Assembly: GCA_016839805.1 (NCBI GenBank)
Contig: JAEOTO010000015.1
Location: 1 to 64,000, forward strand
Origin: Candidatus Hermodarchaeota archaeon
Lineage (GTDB): Archaea > Asgardarchaeota > Hermodarchaeia > Hermodarchaeales > Hermodarchaeaceae
Length of the DNA stretch: 64,000 nucleotides
Reading direction: 5' to 3'
The position numbers and the translations under genes are program-made. Below, one piece after another: positions 1 to 9,337 of this stretch (position 1 is the first letter of the stretch; every line of letters starts with the position of its first letter). The notes under the pieces were generated by a model, which was not told the DNA's origin, made no database searches, and worked only from the letters and a program-made list of their open reading frames with translations.

Positions 1-118
1 CAAGGCAGTCAACAAAAATCCCACATACTACAGATGAACACTTTTTCTAATTTAATATTCCCATACCCCCCATAACACCAAGAAGTTGATTGGGAACCAA
101 TTTAGCTCAATTCTATTA

Positions 119-1147
119 TTATTCAGTTAGAAGGCGCATGTCAACCTCATTAAAGTACCGAAATGCCTGTTTCCCATATTTTTTAAATAACTTTTTACCG
201 AAGGTCTGAAACGCCTTTAGACTTGCTAAACCACCTAGTTTCTTAGTGAAGGATAGTTTCATTTCCCAACCTGCTTTTCGTAAACCACCCATGGGTGCTT
301 TCCACTCTTTCGTTAATTCGACTAATTCAGGCTGAACCCCATACTGTGCAAGTGTTGGATAGTGTACCTGTTCAAGATAGGGCCATTGAGTCAATCCTGT
401 TTCACTTCCTCGATTATCATAGAAGGTTTTAGCATCAACCACAAGGTACCCACCATTCGTTTCCTTAAGATTTCCAGCTGCTGCAAAAATCCAAAGGAAC
501 CGTAAAAAGACTTTCACTCGGTTTTTCAATCGAAACTGTTGAGGTGGAAGATCAGCATCCTCCACTCCGAGCATGGACTGTTTAATTGTACTCAATAAGG
601 TATGAACTGATCTGAAGCTCTCTGCTTGTTGACCAGATAAAACGGTTGGAAACTCTACGACTTTCAGCTTTAATGGGGGAAGTGTAATAGCTTCCACAAT
701 CTCATCAGGTTCTAAGGTTGAACGGATTTGTTCTAAGCGCTTTAGGCTTTCAAAGGGCTCGACGAAGGTATGGTAATCTTCATCGGTTATTGGTTGGCCA
801 AGTTTTTTCTCCAAGTTTTCACGAGTCCATCCTCCTGCATCCGCTGTTTTAAATGCGCAGGGAAACCGTGAACAGTATGCGCAGTTCTTGATGCCCATGT
901 TGGTCACACATTTTCGAACCTGACACCCTCGTCGAAAGTTTGCATGCCAATGGCTAACGTCCTTACTGATCTTATCTTCAGGTGTTAAACATAGCAGACA
1001 GGGCTTCTCTGTGGGCGTAAATCCTAGTATCGCCTTTGCTCGTTCTCGAAACTCAGGTAATTCCTCATCTGGAATATGCTTTCGAGTAATGGGGGACCAA
1101 GCGCATTTGGCACAATTCACCCCACATTTTGATATAACTTCAGGCAA
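119..1147 (-). CDS. DUF3795-like Cys-rich domain protein with C-terminal extension
   Basis: N-terminal CGxxCxxC, then CxxC, C-x3-C and CxxCxxFPC pattern typical of DUF3795; TTG start preceded by GGTGA. Confidence 0.7.
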   Translation of the reverse strand: MPEVISKCGVNCAKCAWSPITRKHIPDEELPEFRERAKAILGFTPTEKPCLLCLTPEDKISKDVSHWHANFRRGCQVRKCVTNMGIKNCAYCSRFPCAFKTADAGGWTRENLEKKLGQPITDEDYHTFVEPFESLKRLEQIRSTLEPDEIVEAITLPPLKLKVVEFPTVLSGQQAESFRSVHTLLSTIKQSMLGVEDADLPPQQFRLKNRVKVFLRFLWIFAAAGNLKETNGGYLVVDAKTFYDNRGSETGLTQWPYLEQVHYPTLAQYGVQPELVELTKEWKAPMGGLRKAGWEMKLSFTKKLGGLASLKAFQTFGKKLFKKYGKQAFRYFNEVDMRLLTE

Positions 1148-1312
1148 TCGATTTTCACCAAACCTCTTATTTAGAAAAAGGGAATCGAAGGAGTCCGGAA
1201 CAGACTATTGTTCTGCTATCTAGTCTATATATATGCGGACCCCTTCATCTAAGTAAACCCCCTATAACACCTCCAACAGGAAAAACGCCTGCACTCCACT
1301 CCTGGCCTTCGA

Positions 1313-1819
1313 TTAATCTATGTTCTTCTGATAAATTCGAAGTGTAAAACCTGCATGGGGTTCCTCTTGTTCTCCAATTTTTTGATATCCTAGTTTCTCA
1401 TAGAAGTGATGGTTGCGGGTATGCCACTCAGGGGTATCCAAAATCCATCGTTTTGCTGGAAAAGTGTTATGAATATATTCCATAACCTTCGTACCAATGC
1501 CGAAATTCTGATACTCGGGATCGAGGAACACCGTGCCCAGTACATTCGTTTCTTTTTCTGGGTGATTTCGAAATACTATGAATGCCCCGATTAAGGTGTC
1601 ACTGAACATGATTTTATAGCAATTCCTTGGTCGCATAAACTGTCGAAAGAAGTCCCCTGTATTATACCCGGCAGGACCTCCTTCGGGTTCACCTCGGAAC
1701 CGTTGTGAATCATCATCAAAGCTCCGAGTCATAACAGCAGTTAAAGCCGGAATATCAGCCTCAGTCGCTTCCACATACCGAAGCTGATTCAAATCCACTT
1801 TTTTCATTCTCACTATCAA
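1313..1819 (-). CDS. GNAT family N-acetyltransferase
   Basis: Motif A LDPEYQNFGIGT; motif B NHHFYEKLGY. Confidence 0.9.
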   Translation of the reverse strand: MIVRMKKVDLNQLRYVEATEADIPALTAVMTRSFDDDSQRFRGEPEGGPAGYNTGDFFRQFMRPRNCYKIMFSDTLIGAFIVFRNHPEKETNVLGTVFLDPEYQNFGIGTKVMEYIHNTFPAKRWILDTPEWHTRNHHFYEKLGYQKIGEQEEPHAGFTLRIYQKNID

Positions 1820-1856
1820 CTCCCTACATATACGATTTATGTCGCAATGGAATCCT

Positions 1857-2345
1857 CTAGTTGGTTATTGGATAGTACAAATCCAAGATCAAGTCAGGAC
1901 CAGCATCAGGATCATGGGGTTTCTCAAGCCCTGGATGACCCCGATACCTGTACCCGTTCGCCTTTGCCCATTCGTCCAAGCGATGCCAGGATTCTAGAAT
2001 CCCATGTTCCTTTAAGAAATCGGATTCTAGTTCCTCCTTCAAGACACAGGTCGTCACCGCGTATTCACCGCCTTCAACCTCCTTCACCTCAACCACGGAA
2101 TCCGACTCGATGTCATCATCCACACGAATCCAGAATTCATATCCGTACTCGCGTTTCCCTGGTTCAGGTGGAGGATTATTAAAGCCAAAAACTGGATGCT
2201 TATCTAAGTCACCCAGCAGTCCCTTTGCCTCCGCCCAGGCACGTAACTTCGCCCAAGCCTGCAATTCTGGCGTGATACTAATTACTCGAAGGCTTGCTAC
2301 TCGCATCGGAGCAAGCCTAACAATACGTATATCTTTGTCTCCCAT
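1857..2345 (-). CDS. Stand-alone GyrI-like small-molecule-binding protein
   Basis: PMRVAS, FGFNNP, YGYEFWI, GGEYAV and terminal LYYPI motifs; paralog of the C-terminal domain of the upstream gene. Confidence 0.85.
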   Translation of the reverse strand: MGDKDIRIVRLAPMRVASLRVISITPELQAWAKLRAWAEAKGLLGDLDKHPVFGFNNPPPEPGKREYGYEFWIRVDDDIESDSVVEVKEVEGGEYAVTTCVLKEELESDFLKEHGILESWHRLDEWAKANGYRYRGHPGLEKPHDPDAGPDLILDLYYPITN

Positions 2346-2373
2346 TTACTTCACATCCATCTTATCTTTAGTC

Positions 2374-3267
2374 CTAAGAGGGCTTCTGAACCTCCTTGAT
2401 CGGCTGATATAGTTCCAGCACCAGCCCCTTTTCCGATGCCTTTGGATTCTGAGCCTTTTCCAGGCACTGACGGGATTCATCCATCTCGTATTTCTCGCTT
2501 AGAATAATCCAATCCATGAGCTTCTTCCACGACTCCAGAAACCCGTGTTCCTTCCCGAACTCCGAATGCATTTCCTCCCATAACCTGCACGTCGTAACAG
2601 CGAATAACCCCCCATCATAATCCTTCGCTTCGATCTCGCCCTCACCCTTGAAATTAGCTCCCATCCGAATCCAGAACTCATACCCATATTCCTTCTGTCC
2701 CGGAGACGGATTCGGATTGTTAAATCCAAACACCGGGTGTGTGATCAAATCATCTAATAATCCTTGGGGCTCTGCCCACGCTTGTAGCTTTTCCCACGCA
2801 TCATTTTCAGGCGATTCACTAAACGCCCGAACACTCGCCACCCGCATAGGTTCAAGCTCCACAACCTCTACAAACAAATCTTCAATCTCCTTCTCCTTGC
2901 GTTTTGCATAGATCTTCTCAATGTACCGCGCTGTTCGAGTCGATTTCAGTTCTTCAAAGCGATCTGATTCGAGATAGGTTGAGCTGATGGCTGTTAGTAT
3001 CGCTTGTCCATCAGAGTTAATTTCATATCGACCTCGACTTTTTTGGTTGACGATATTAGTTTTCACTAGTAATCCCATGTGATGGGATAATGCCGTTTTT
3101 CCTAATCCTGTGAGCTCTCGTAGCTCACTGAACAACCGTGGGCGAACCAGCAGGGCAGATAATACTCGTAATCGCTTTTCATTCGCGAGTGCTCCTAATA
3201 CAACAGCTAGTTCTTTACCATACTTACCAGTCACATTCCACGCGGTTTCTGTATCTAAATCGACCAT
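2374..3267 (-). CDS. ArsR-type winged-HTH regulator fused to GyrI-like effector domain
   Basis: ALANEKRLRVL...LGKTALSHH HTH followed by a GyrI domain; ORF is open to 3333 but ATG 3267 is the likelier start. Confidence 0.85.
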   Translation of the reverse strand: MVDLDTETAWNVTGKYGKELAVVLGALANEKRLRVLSALLVRPRLFSELRELTGLGKTALSHHMGLLVKTNIVNQKSRGRYEINSDGQAILTAISSTYLESDRFEELKSTRTARYIEKIYAKRKEKEIEDLFVEVVELEPMRVASVRAFSESPENDAWEKLQAWAEPQGLLDDLITHPVFGFNNPNPSPGQKEYGYEFWIRMGANFKGEGEIEAKDYDGGLFAVTTCRLWEEMHSEFGKEHGFLESWKKLMDWIILSEKYEMDESRQCLEKAQNPKASEKGLVLELYQPIKEVQKPS

Positions 3268-3368
3268 GAGATGATCCCAGCAACCGATAAGATTGTAGAA
3301 TCTCTTTTTATGCGTTTCGGAAAATTTGAACATTAGTTCTAATTCTACTGAACTAAATTAATGAAAAG

Positions 3369-3902
3369 TTATTTGGAAAACTTGTTGAAGCTCCTAATCT
3401 TTTCAATAGATTTCTTTCGTTTTGGACGAGGAATCTTAGTGGGGTATCCAAACGGGATGAGGGCAACAACATCCCATTTCTCAGGAATATCAAGGAGGTT
3501 CTTGACTTTATCCTCATTGAAGGCCCCAATCCAACATGATCCAATACCCATAGCCCAAGCTGCAATGACCATGTTTTGCAATGCGATAGCAGTGCTTATT
3601 TTTGACCATCGTCCCGAAATCCGATCTTGGTGTGCACAGCCCACAATCGTCACTGGAGCATCCTTGAGAAATCGACTAAACATCCCTTTAGACAATTCAC
3701 GCTTTTTTACTTCATCAGTAATCACAATAAAATGCCATGATTGTTTGTTTCCTGCTGAGGGGGCCATTCGACCTGCCTCCAGGATCTTATTTAAAACTGC
3801 TTCCGGAATGTCCTTTTCTTCATATTGGCGAATGCTTCTGCGACTAAGCATAGTGTCAACGAAATCCATTTGATTCTCCTCTTTTCTAACAATTTGCGTC
3901 AC
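3369..3902 (-). CDS. Nitroreductase family protein
   Basis: RRSIRQY, APSAGNKQSWHF, GIGSCWIG motifs; probable start at MDFVD. Confidence 0.95.
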   Translation of the reverse strand: MTQIVRKEENQMDFVDTMLSRRSIRQYEEKDIPEAVLNKILEAGRMAPSAGNKQSWHFIVITDEVKKRELSKGMFSRFLKDAPVTIVGCAHQDRISGRWSKISTAIALQNMVIAAWAMGIGSCWIGAFNEDKVKNLLDIPEKWDVVALIPFGYPTKIPRPKRKKSIEKIRSFNKFSK

Positions 3903-4109
3903 TGGTCGAAGCTGTTACGAATAAAGTTATTCCTCTTTTCAACCAATTTGTATCTCAAATTTACACAATTTTGTTGAAGTGCAATTCATGATGGGAGTCA
4001 AAATTTAAAAATATGTTTCAAAAGATAGATCTGAAAAGCGTCTTTGAAACCCAACTGTGATTATTAATAGAGCATATCTAATAGTTCCATCTCAACATGA
4101 ACAAAAATA

Positions 4110-4267
4110 GGTGCTTGGGTGGCTACTCACTGGGTCCCGTGGTGGAGCTTCAGGTACCCATATTATACAGGCACTCAAAGAGAGTCCCCAGAACGTCAAT
4201 CAACTCGTAAATAACTTTGAGAACCCGATTTCTCTTTACCAGTTACGTTGATTCACGTCCAGGGACT
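4110..4267. ncRNA. Candidate structured RNA or paired hairpins (unidentified)
   Basis: Stems GGTGCTTG/CAGGCACT and TGGGT/ACCCA (4110-4175) plus an 85-nt imperfect hairpin AGTCCC...GGGACT (4183-4267) in a 386-bp intergenic gap. Confidence 0.3.
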
Positions 4268-4288
4268 AATCTTGTGAAACTTCATTTT

Positions 4289-7200
4289 TTATTTTTTAAC
4301 CCGGCGACGATACCAAATGGCAGCTGCTACAATAATGACAACTACTGCCAAACTAGCAATTGCAAGAATCCATTCCAGTGGAATTATCGCTGGTATTGGT
4401 GGTGGGGTGTGACCTTCCACAGTCACTGTGAAGGTTGCCGTACAAAAGTTGTTCCGGGGATCATAGGCAGAGACTGTAAGATGATAGATGCCGGGTAAGA
4501 GGATTGTATTATTCATAACAAGACCAGTATTGTCAATAATGAAGTGGGTCGTGTCATTAATACTCCAGTGATGAATCCCCAAGAGATCAGAAGCTTGAAG
4601 CTGATAACTAAACGGTGTTCCATACTGTATGACCTGATTTGAAGGTGTAACTGTCCAGGTGGGAGGTGTCGTGTCCCGCACTGTTACCGCGAAGGTGCCA
4701 GTTAACACTTGGTTGAGGGTGTCATTCACCCAAACTTGCACCCAATAGATTCGAAGGGGAAGGGTACCAATACTAGTGATACGACCATTACTGCCAATAT
4801 TGAAGTGAATAGTGTCATTGATATTCCAGGAATCAATGCCTGATGCATCCCAAGCTGCAAGTTGATAATCCAAGGTCGCTCCATACTCAACTACTTGATT
4901 TGTTGGTTCAGTAACCCATATAGGCGGAGTAGTGTCTTGGACGGTCACTAAGAAATCAGCAATTCGGAAATCACCACTAGTATCATTGACTCTTACTTGC
5001 ACTCCATAACTACCAATGGATAAGGCAGTGGCATTCGTGATGACCCCCTGGTTGTCAATCAAAAAGTTAGAGGTATCATTCACCCACCATTGATCAATAC
5101 TCGCAAAAGAGGTGGCATTCAAGTCATAGCGGAAATGATAACCGAACTCGTGCAGCTGATCACTCGGTGCTTGAGTCCATTGTATCGGTTGGACCCGCAC
5201 CAAAAAAAGGTCTGAGCTTCCGGCGCCAATACTATAAGTATAACCAGCGAGAGCGAAGCCGCCATCTCTACATTCTACTAGGTCATATCCATAATCGGTG
5301 GAGGTGCCGCCAAAAGTTTGATCCCAGAGAAGATGACCAGTGGCATTGGTGCGAATTAACCACATATCTGCACTACCCGCTCCAAAGCTATAGGTATAGC
5401 CAGTGATAGCAAAACCACCACTAGTACAGGAGATGATTGAATAGGCATAATCGTAGCTGGAACCGCCATAGGTCTGGTACCATAGGAGATTACCAGCAGC
5501 ATTAGTGCGGATTAGTAAGGCATCATAGTAACCGGCACCAGCACTGCGGGTGTACCCAACGAGGGCGAAGCCGTCATCACTGCACTCAACAAGTGCACGA
5601 CCGTAATCGGAGCTTATACCATAAATGGTCTGGTCCCAAAGGTAATTGCCATTTGCATCTGTTCGTATTAACCAAAAGTTGCTGTAAGAGCCTGAATTGA
5701 AATTATTCCCAACGATAGCGAAGCCTCCATCACTGCATTCTACCACGTCACGACCGTAATCGTATTGGCCACGATGATAGGTGTTATCCCAGAGGTAGTT
5801 GCCATCTGCATCCGTGCGTAACAACCAGGCATCATAGTAGTTACCTGAACCCGAACCATAAGTATAGCCAGTAATCGCGAAGCCTCCATCACTGCATTCT
5901 ACTAGTGCATAACCATAATCATAGTAGTGGTTGTGATAGGTTTTATTCCACAAATGATTGCCTAAAGCATCGGTGCGTATTAACCAGGCGTCATACCGGT
6001 TAATTGAGCTCAAAACGTAAATATAACCGAGGAGAGCGAAGCCCCCGTCACTACACCCAACCATATCATAAATATAGAAATAGGCATTGGACCGACCATA
6101 GTTCTGGTCCCAGAGGTAGTTGCCTTCTGCATCCGTACGCACCAACCAAGCTGAATAGTATCGATCAAAGCTGTAAGATTGACCAGCAATGGCGAAGCCT
6201 CCGTCACTGCATTCCACCAGTGCATAACCATAATCTGAGCTGGTACCACCGAAGTTTTTGTACCACAGATGGTTTCCTGCGATGTCGATGCGTATTAGCC
6301 AGGCATCTGTACTCCCGGCACCACGACTTGTTGTATAGCCTGCGAGGGCGTAGCCTCCACGCTGGCATTCAACGAGTCCATAACCTCGTTCATATTCGGT
6401 GCCACCGAAGGTCTGGTGCTTAAGATAGTTACCCATGGCGTCCATTTGGACAAATAAAATATCATAACGTCCTGCCCCAAAGCTGCTGGTGGAACCGATT
6501 ATAGCAAACCCTCCAGTACTCAACTCTATTACAGATTGACCATACTCGTGAATAGGACCCCCAAATGTCTGATTCCAAAGATGGTTACCTGCATCGTCTG
6601 TACGCACTAACCACACATCTTCATGGCCTGCACCACGGATGATGAAGCCAGTCATGGCAAAACCACCCCCACGACACTCAATCACTGAATACCCATGTTC
6701 CGAACTGACGGTACCATAAGTTTGGTTCCAGAGGTGGTTGCCTGTGGCATCGGTGCGGACCAACCACCAATCGTAGCCACCAGCGCCAAAACTATACGTT
6801 AAACTAAGAATAGCATAGCCGCCGTCACTACACGCCGCCAATGACAAGCCCTCGTCATAGTCAACGCCACCAAAGGTGTGGTTCCAGAGGTGGTTGCCTG
6901 TGGCATCGGTATGAACTAACCACGTATCCCTCCCACCGGCGCCAAAGTTCCGAGTATCACCAACAATGGTGAATCCTCCATCATTGGATTCCACCAACGC
7001 ATAACCATGGTCATTGTCAATTCCACCATAGGTGTGGTTCCACAGGTGGTTCCCATTCGCATCCGTCCGAACCAGCCAAATATCTGCACTGCCCGCACCA
7101 AAGCTGAACGTTTTTCCAATTATTGCAAAACCACCACTTGTGCATTCTACTACTTCATAAGCAACATCGTCACTGTCCCCTCCATAGGTGTGGTTCCAGA

Positions 7201-8815
7201 TGTGGTTGCCGTTTGAGTCGGTGCGGACTAACCAAAAATCTGCTTGTCCTGAACCCCAACTATGAGTTTCGCCAGCAAAAACAAAGTCACCATTAGAACA
7301 CTCAATTAGATAAGAGGCTTCATCGCTACTTGTTCCGCCATAGGTGTGGTGCCATAAAGCCTCGCCCATTGAATCGGTGCGAATCAACCATAAATCCTCA
7401 GAACCAGCACCAAAGCTCAGTGTAGAGCCAGTGATGGCAAAATCTGCACTTCGGCATTCTATCAATGAGTATCCATAATCGTCATTGACACCACCAAATT
7501 TTCGATTCCATAAAATTGTACCCGTTTCATCAGTACGGATTAGCCAAATATTAGTGTCAACAGCATAATCTCTGAATGTGTCACCCGTCAGGGCGTAGCC
7601 TCCACCTTCACATTCTATTAGTGAGTAGCCCCTATCAGGGTTGGATGTGCTGTAAGTGTGGTTCCAGAGGTGATTACCTATTGAATCGGTATGTACTAAC
7701 CAACAGTCTTCATCCCCACCTACAGTACTGTTTGTATACCCAACGAATGTATAACCGGTATCGCTGGACGCCACAAGGTCATTACCTACTTCATAATCAG
7801 TATAACCGTAAGTCTGATCCCAAAGATGATTGCCTGCTGAATCGGTGTGTACTAACCAAGCATCTGAACTTCCAACACCCGAACTAAAAGTGGATCCAAC
7901 GAGGGTGAAGTTCCCATCAATACATTCGACTATGGCATAACCATAATCGTAGTCAGCACCACCATAGGTTTGATTCCACAAATGATTGCCACCAGCATCG
8001 GTTCGTACCAGCCAGAAGTCGGTGTTGCCGGCGCCGTAGCTGGAGGTGTAGCCTGCGAGGGCAAAGCCTCCATCATCACACTCTATTACCTCATAACAAA
8101 ACTCGTCATCGACATCCCCAAAGGTCTGGTCCCACAAATGATTGCCACCAGCATCGGTTCGTACCAGCCAGAAGTCGGTGTTGCCGGCGCCGTAGCTGGA
8201 GGTGTAGCCTGCGAGGGCAAAGCCTCCACTATCACACTCTACCAGTGACCTGCCAACATCAAGGTTGGTGCCACCAAACGTGCTGTTCCAAATTTGATTT
8301 CCAGCTACATCAGTGCGGACTAACCACATATCCTCGAGTCCCTCACCTTGACTCCTAATTGAACCAGCGATGGCAAAACCACCACCTTGGCATTCGATTA
8401 GGTCATGACCAATATCCTCATCAATGCCACCAAAGGTACTATTCCAGAGAAGATCGTGTAAGCCTGGTGAGGGTGGTGGAGCAGACGCTGTAGAGTGGAC
8501 GATTTGATTTTGTGGATCAAATGGTGATGTGGCTAGAACTGGTGTTTCGATAGGAAATTTTGTTGGGTTTTTCATTTCACTCGAAAAATTGTCCATCTCT
8601 GAAGTGATTCCCCTCAATGCAGGGGGAAGCGTAAGGGTTGTTAAAAAGAGCAGAAGTAAAAGAAAAATTACGTTTATAGTTTTACCGGAGTTTTTTAAAT
8701 GCAGCATACCATTTTTCCCTCTGGATACTATCTGGCGACGGAATGGAAGCAGAATCATCCGTATTAAATTACCACTGTCAACTCTGTAGAAACCTTCCTT
8801 CCTCACCAAATCCAT
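4289..8815 (-). CDS. Large membrane-anchored surface protein: 21 x ~52-aa beta-propeller repeats, 3 cadherin/Ig-like domains, C-terminal TM
   Basis: Repeats of form W-N/D-x-T-F/Y-GG...GGFAxxG...DxWLxRTDxxGN; DTTPP linkers; hydrophobic N-terminal segment; TM followed by RRRVKK; true start probably downstream of 8815. Confidence 0.85.
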   Translation of the reverse strand: MDLVRKEGFYRVDSGNLIRMILLPFRRQIVSRGKNGMLHLKNSGKTINVIFLLLLLFLTTLTLPPALRGITSEMDNFSSEMKNPTKFPIETPVLATSPFDPQNQIVHSTASAPPPSPGLHDLLWNSTFGGIDEDIGHDLIECQGGGFAIAGSIRSQGEGLEDMWLVRTDVAGNQIWNSTFGGTNLDVGRSLVECDSGGFALAGYTSSYGAGNTDFWLVRTDAGGNHLWDQTFGDVDDEFCYEVIECDDGGFALAGYTSSYGAGNTDFWLVRTDAGGNHLWNQTYGGADYDYGYAIVECIDGNFTLVGSTFSSGVGSSDAWLVHTDSAGNHLWDQTYGYTDYEVGNDLVASSDTGYTFVGYTNSTVGGDEDCWLVHTDSIGNHLWNHTYSTSNPDRGYSLIECEGGGYALTGDTFRDYAVDTNIWLIRTDETGTILWNRKFGGVNDDYGYSLIECRSADFAITGSTLSFGAGSEDLWLIRTDSMGEALWHHTYGGTSSDEASYLIECSNGDFVFAGETHSWGSGQADFWLVRTDSNGNHIWNHTYGGDSDDVAYEVVECTSGGFAIIGKTFSFGAGSADIWLVRTDANGNHLWNHTYGGIDNDHGYALVESNDGGFTIVGDTRNFGAGGRDTWLVHTDATGNHLWNHTFGGVDYDEGLSLAACSDGGYAILSLTYSFGAGGYDWWLVRTDATGNHLWNQTYGTVSSEHGYSVIECRGGGFAMTGFIIRGAGHEDVWLVRTDDAGNHLWNQTFGGPIHEYGQSVIELSTGGFAIIGSTSSFGAGRYDILFVQMDAMGNYLKHQTFGGTEYERGYGLVECQRGGYALAGYTTSRGAGSTDAWLIRIDIAGNHLWYKNFGGTSSDYGYALVECSDGGFAIAGQSYSFDRYYSAWLVRTDAEGNYLWDQNYGRSNAYFYIYDMVGCSDGGFALLGYIYVLSSINRYDAWLIRTDALGNHLWNKTYHNHYYDYGYALVECSDGGFAITGYTYGSGSGNYYDAWLLRTDADGNYLWDNTYHRGQYDYGRDVVECSDGGFAIVGNNFNSGSYSNFWLIRTDANGNYLWDQTIYGISSDYGRALVECSDDGFALVGYTRSAGAGYYDALLIRTNAAGNLLWYQTYGGSSYDYAYSIISCTSGGFAITGYTYSFGAGSADMWLIRTNATGHLLWDQTFGGTSTDYGYDLVECRDGGFALAGYTYSIGAGSSDLFLVRVQPIQWTQAPSDQLHEFGYHFRYDLNATSFASIDQWWVNDTSNFLIDNQGVITNATALSIGSYGVQVRVNDTSGDFRIADFLVTVQDTTPPIWVTEPTNQVVEYGATLDYQLAAWDASGIDSWNINDTIHFNIGSNGRITSIGTLPLRIYWVQVWVNDTLNQVLTGTFAVTVRDTTPPTWTVTPSNQVIQYGTPFSYQLQASDLLGIHHWSINDTTHFIIDNTGLVMNNTILLPGIYHLTVSAYDPRNNFCTATFTVTVEGHTPPPIPAIIPLEWILAIASLAVVVIIVAAAIWYRRRVKK
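7976..8228. repeat. 97-bp perfect intragenic direct repeat, period 156 bp
   Basis: 7976-8072 is identical to 8132-8228. Confidence 0.9.
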
Positions 8816-8994
8816 CCTATACTGCAGTCTCCTTTAAAAAATATGTAGGTTCAAAAGGCGCAAGAGAGGGAAGATGCCCTTAATTAGTAATACTGTGATG
8901 AGGTTTAATTAATTTCAAAAATATGTTTTTTATTGACATATCGAAGATACATTAATATGAAAAACTCCTAACAGATATTTTGGGAGATGAAACA

Positions 8995-9294
8995 ATGAGA
9001 CGTAGATCCTTTGGCGGTCGAAGACGATTCCTCAGGCGTCGACGACGTCGCGTATTACGCCGAACCTTTCGGCGCATTGCCATGGGAACCACAATGATTT
9101 TTCTGATGGCTGGGACTGCCAGTGCCATCAAACTTCATCGAAGAGATGTGGAACGTATCGAAGAGGCCACAGGGAAATCCACCGAGAACATGACGGAAGC
9201 AGAACTTGTTGGGGCAATGAAACGATTAGGCATCAAGAAACTAGAAATCACTCCAGAAGACCAAGAACGTATAAGCGAACACGATGTCGACTAA
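8995..9294 (+). CDS. Small hypothetical protein with poly-Arg N-terminus, hydrophobic segment and acidic helical C-terminus
   Basis: ATG 8995 after GGAG; 16 Arg in the first 27 aa; upstream TATA-like TTAATA. Confidence 0.75.
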   Translation: MRRRSFGGRRRFLRRRRRRVLRRTFRRIAMGTTMIFLMAGTASAIKLHRRDVERIEEATGKSTENMTEAELVGAMKRLGIKKLEITPEDQERISEHDVD

Positions 9295-9337
9295 CCTGCT
9301 TTTTACGAATTGAACATTAAGTAGTACTCTGACTGAA

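Noticed and set aside
4183-4267. SECIS element (GUGA...UGA on the minus strand)
   Set aside because: Watson-Crick register fits better than the GA quartet and no neighbouring gene has an in-frame TGA
7976-8228. DGR template/variable repeat pair
   Set aside because: Copies are identical with no adenine-specific mismatches, both are in-frame blades, and no reverse transcriptase is in the window
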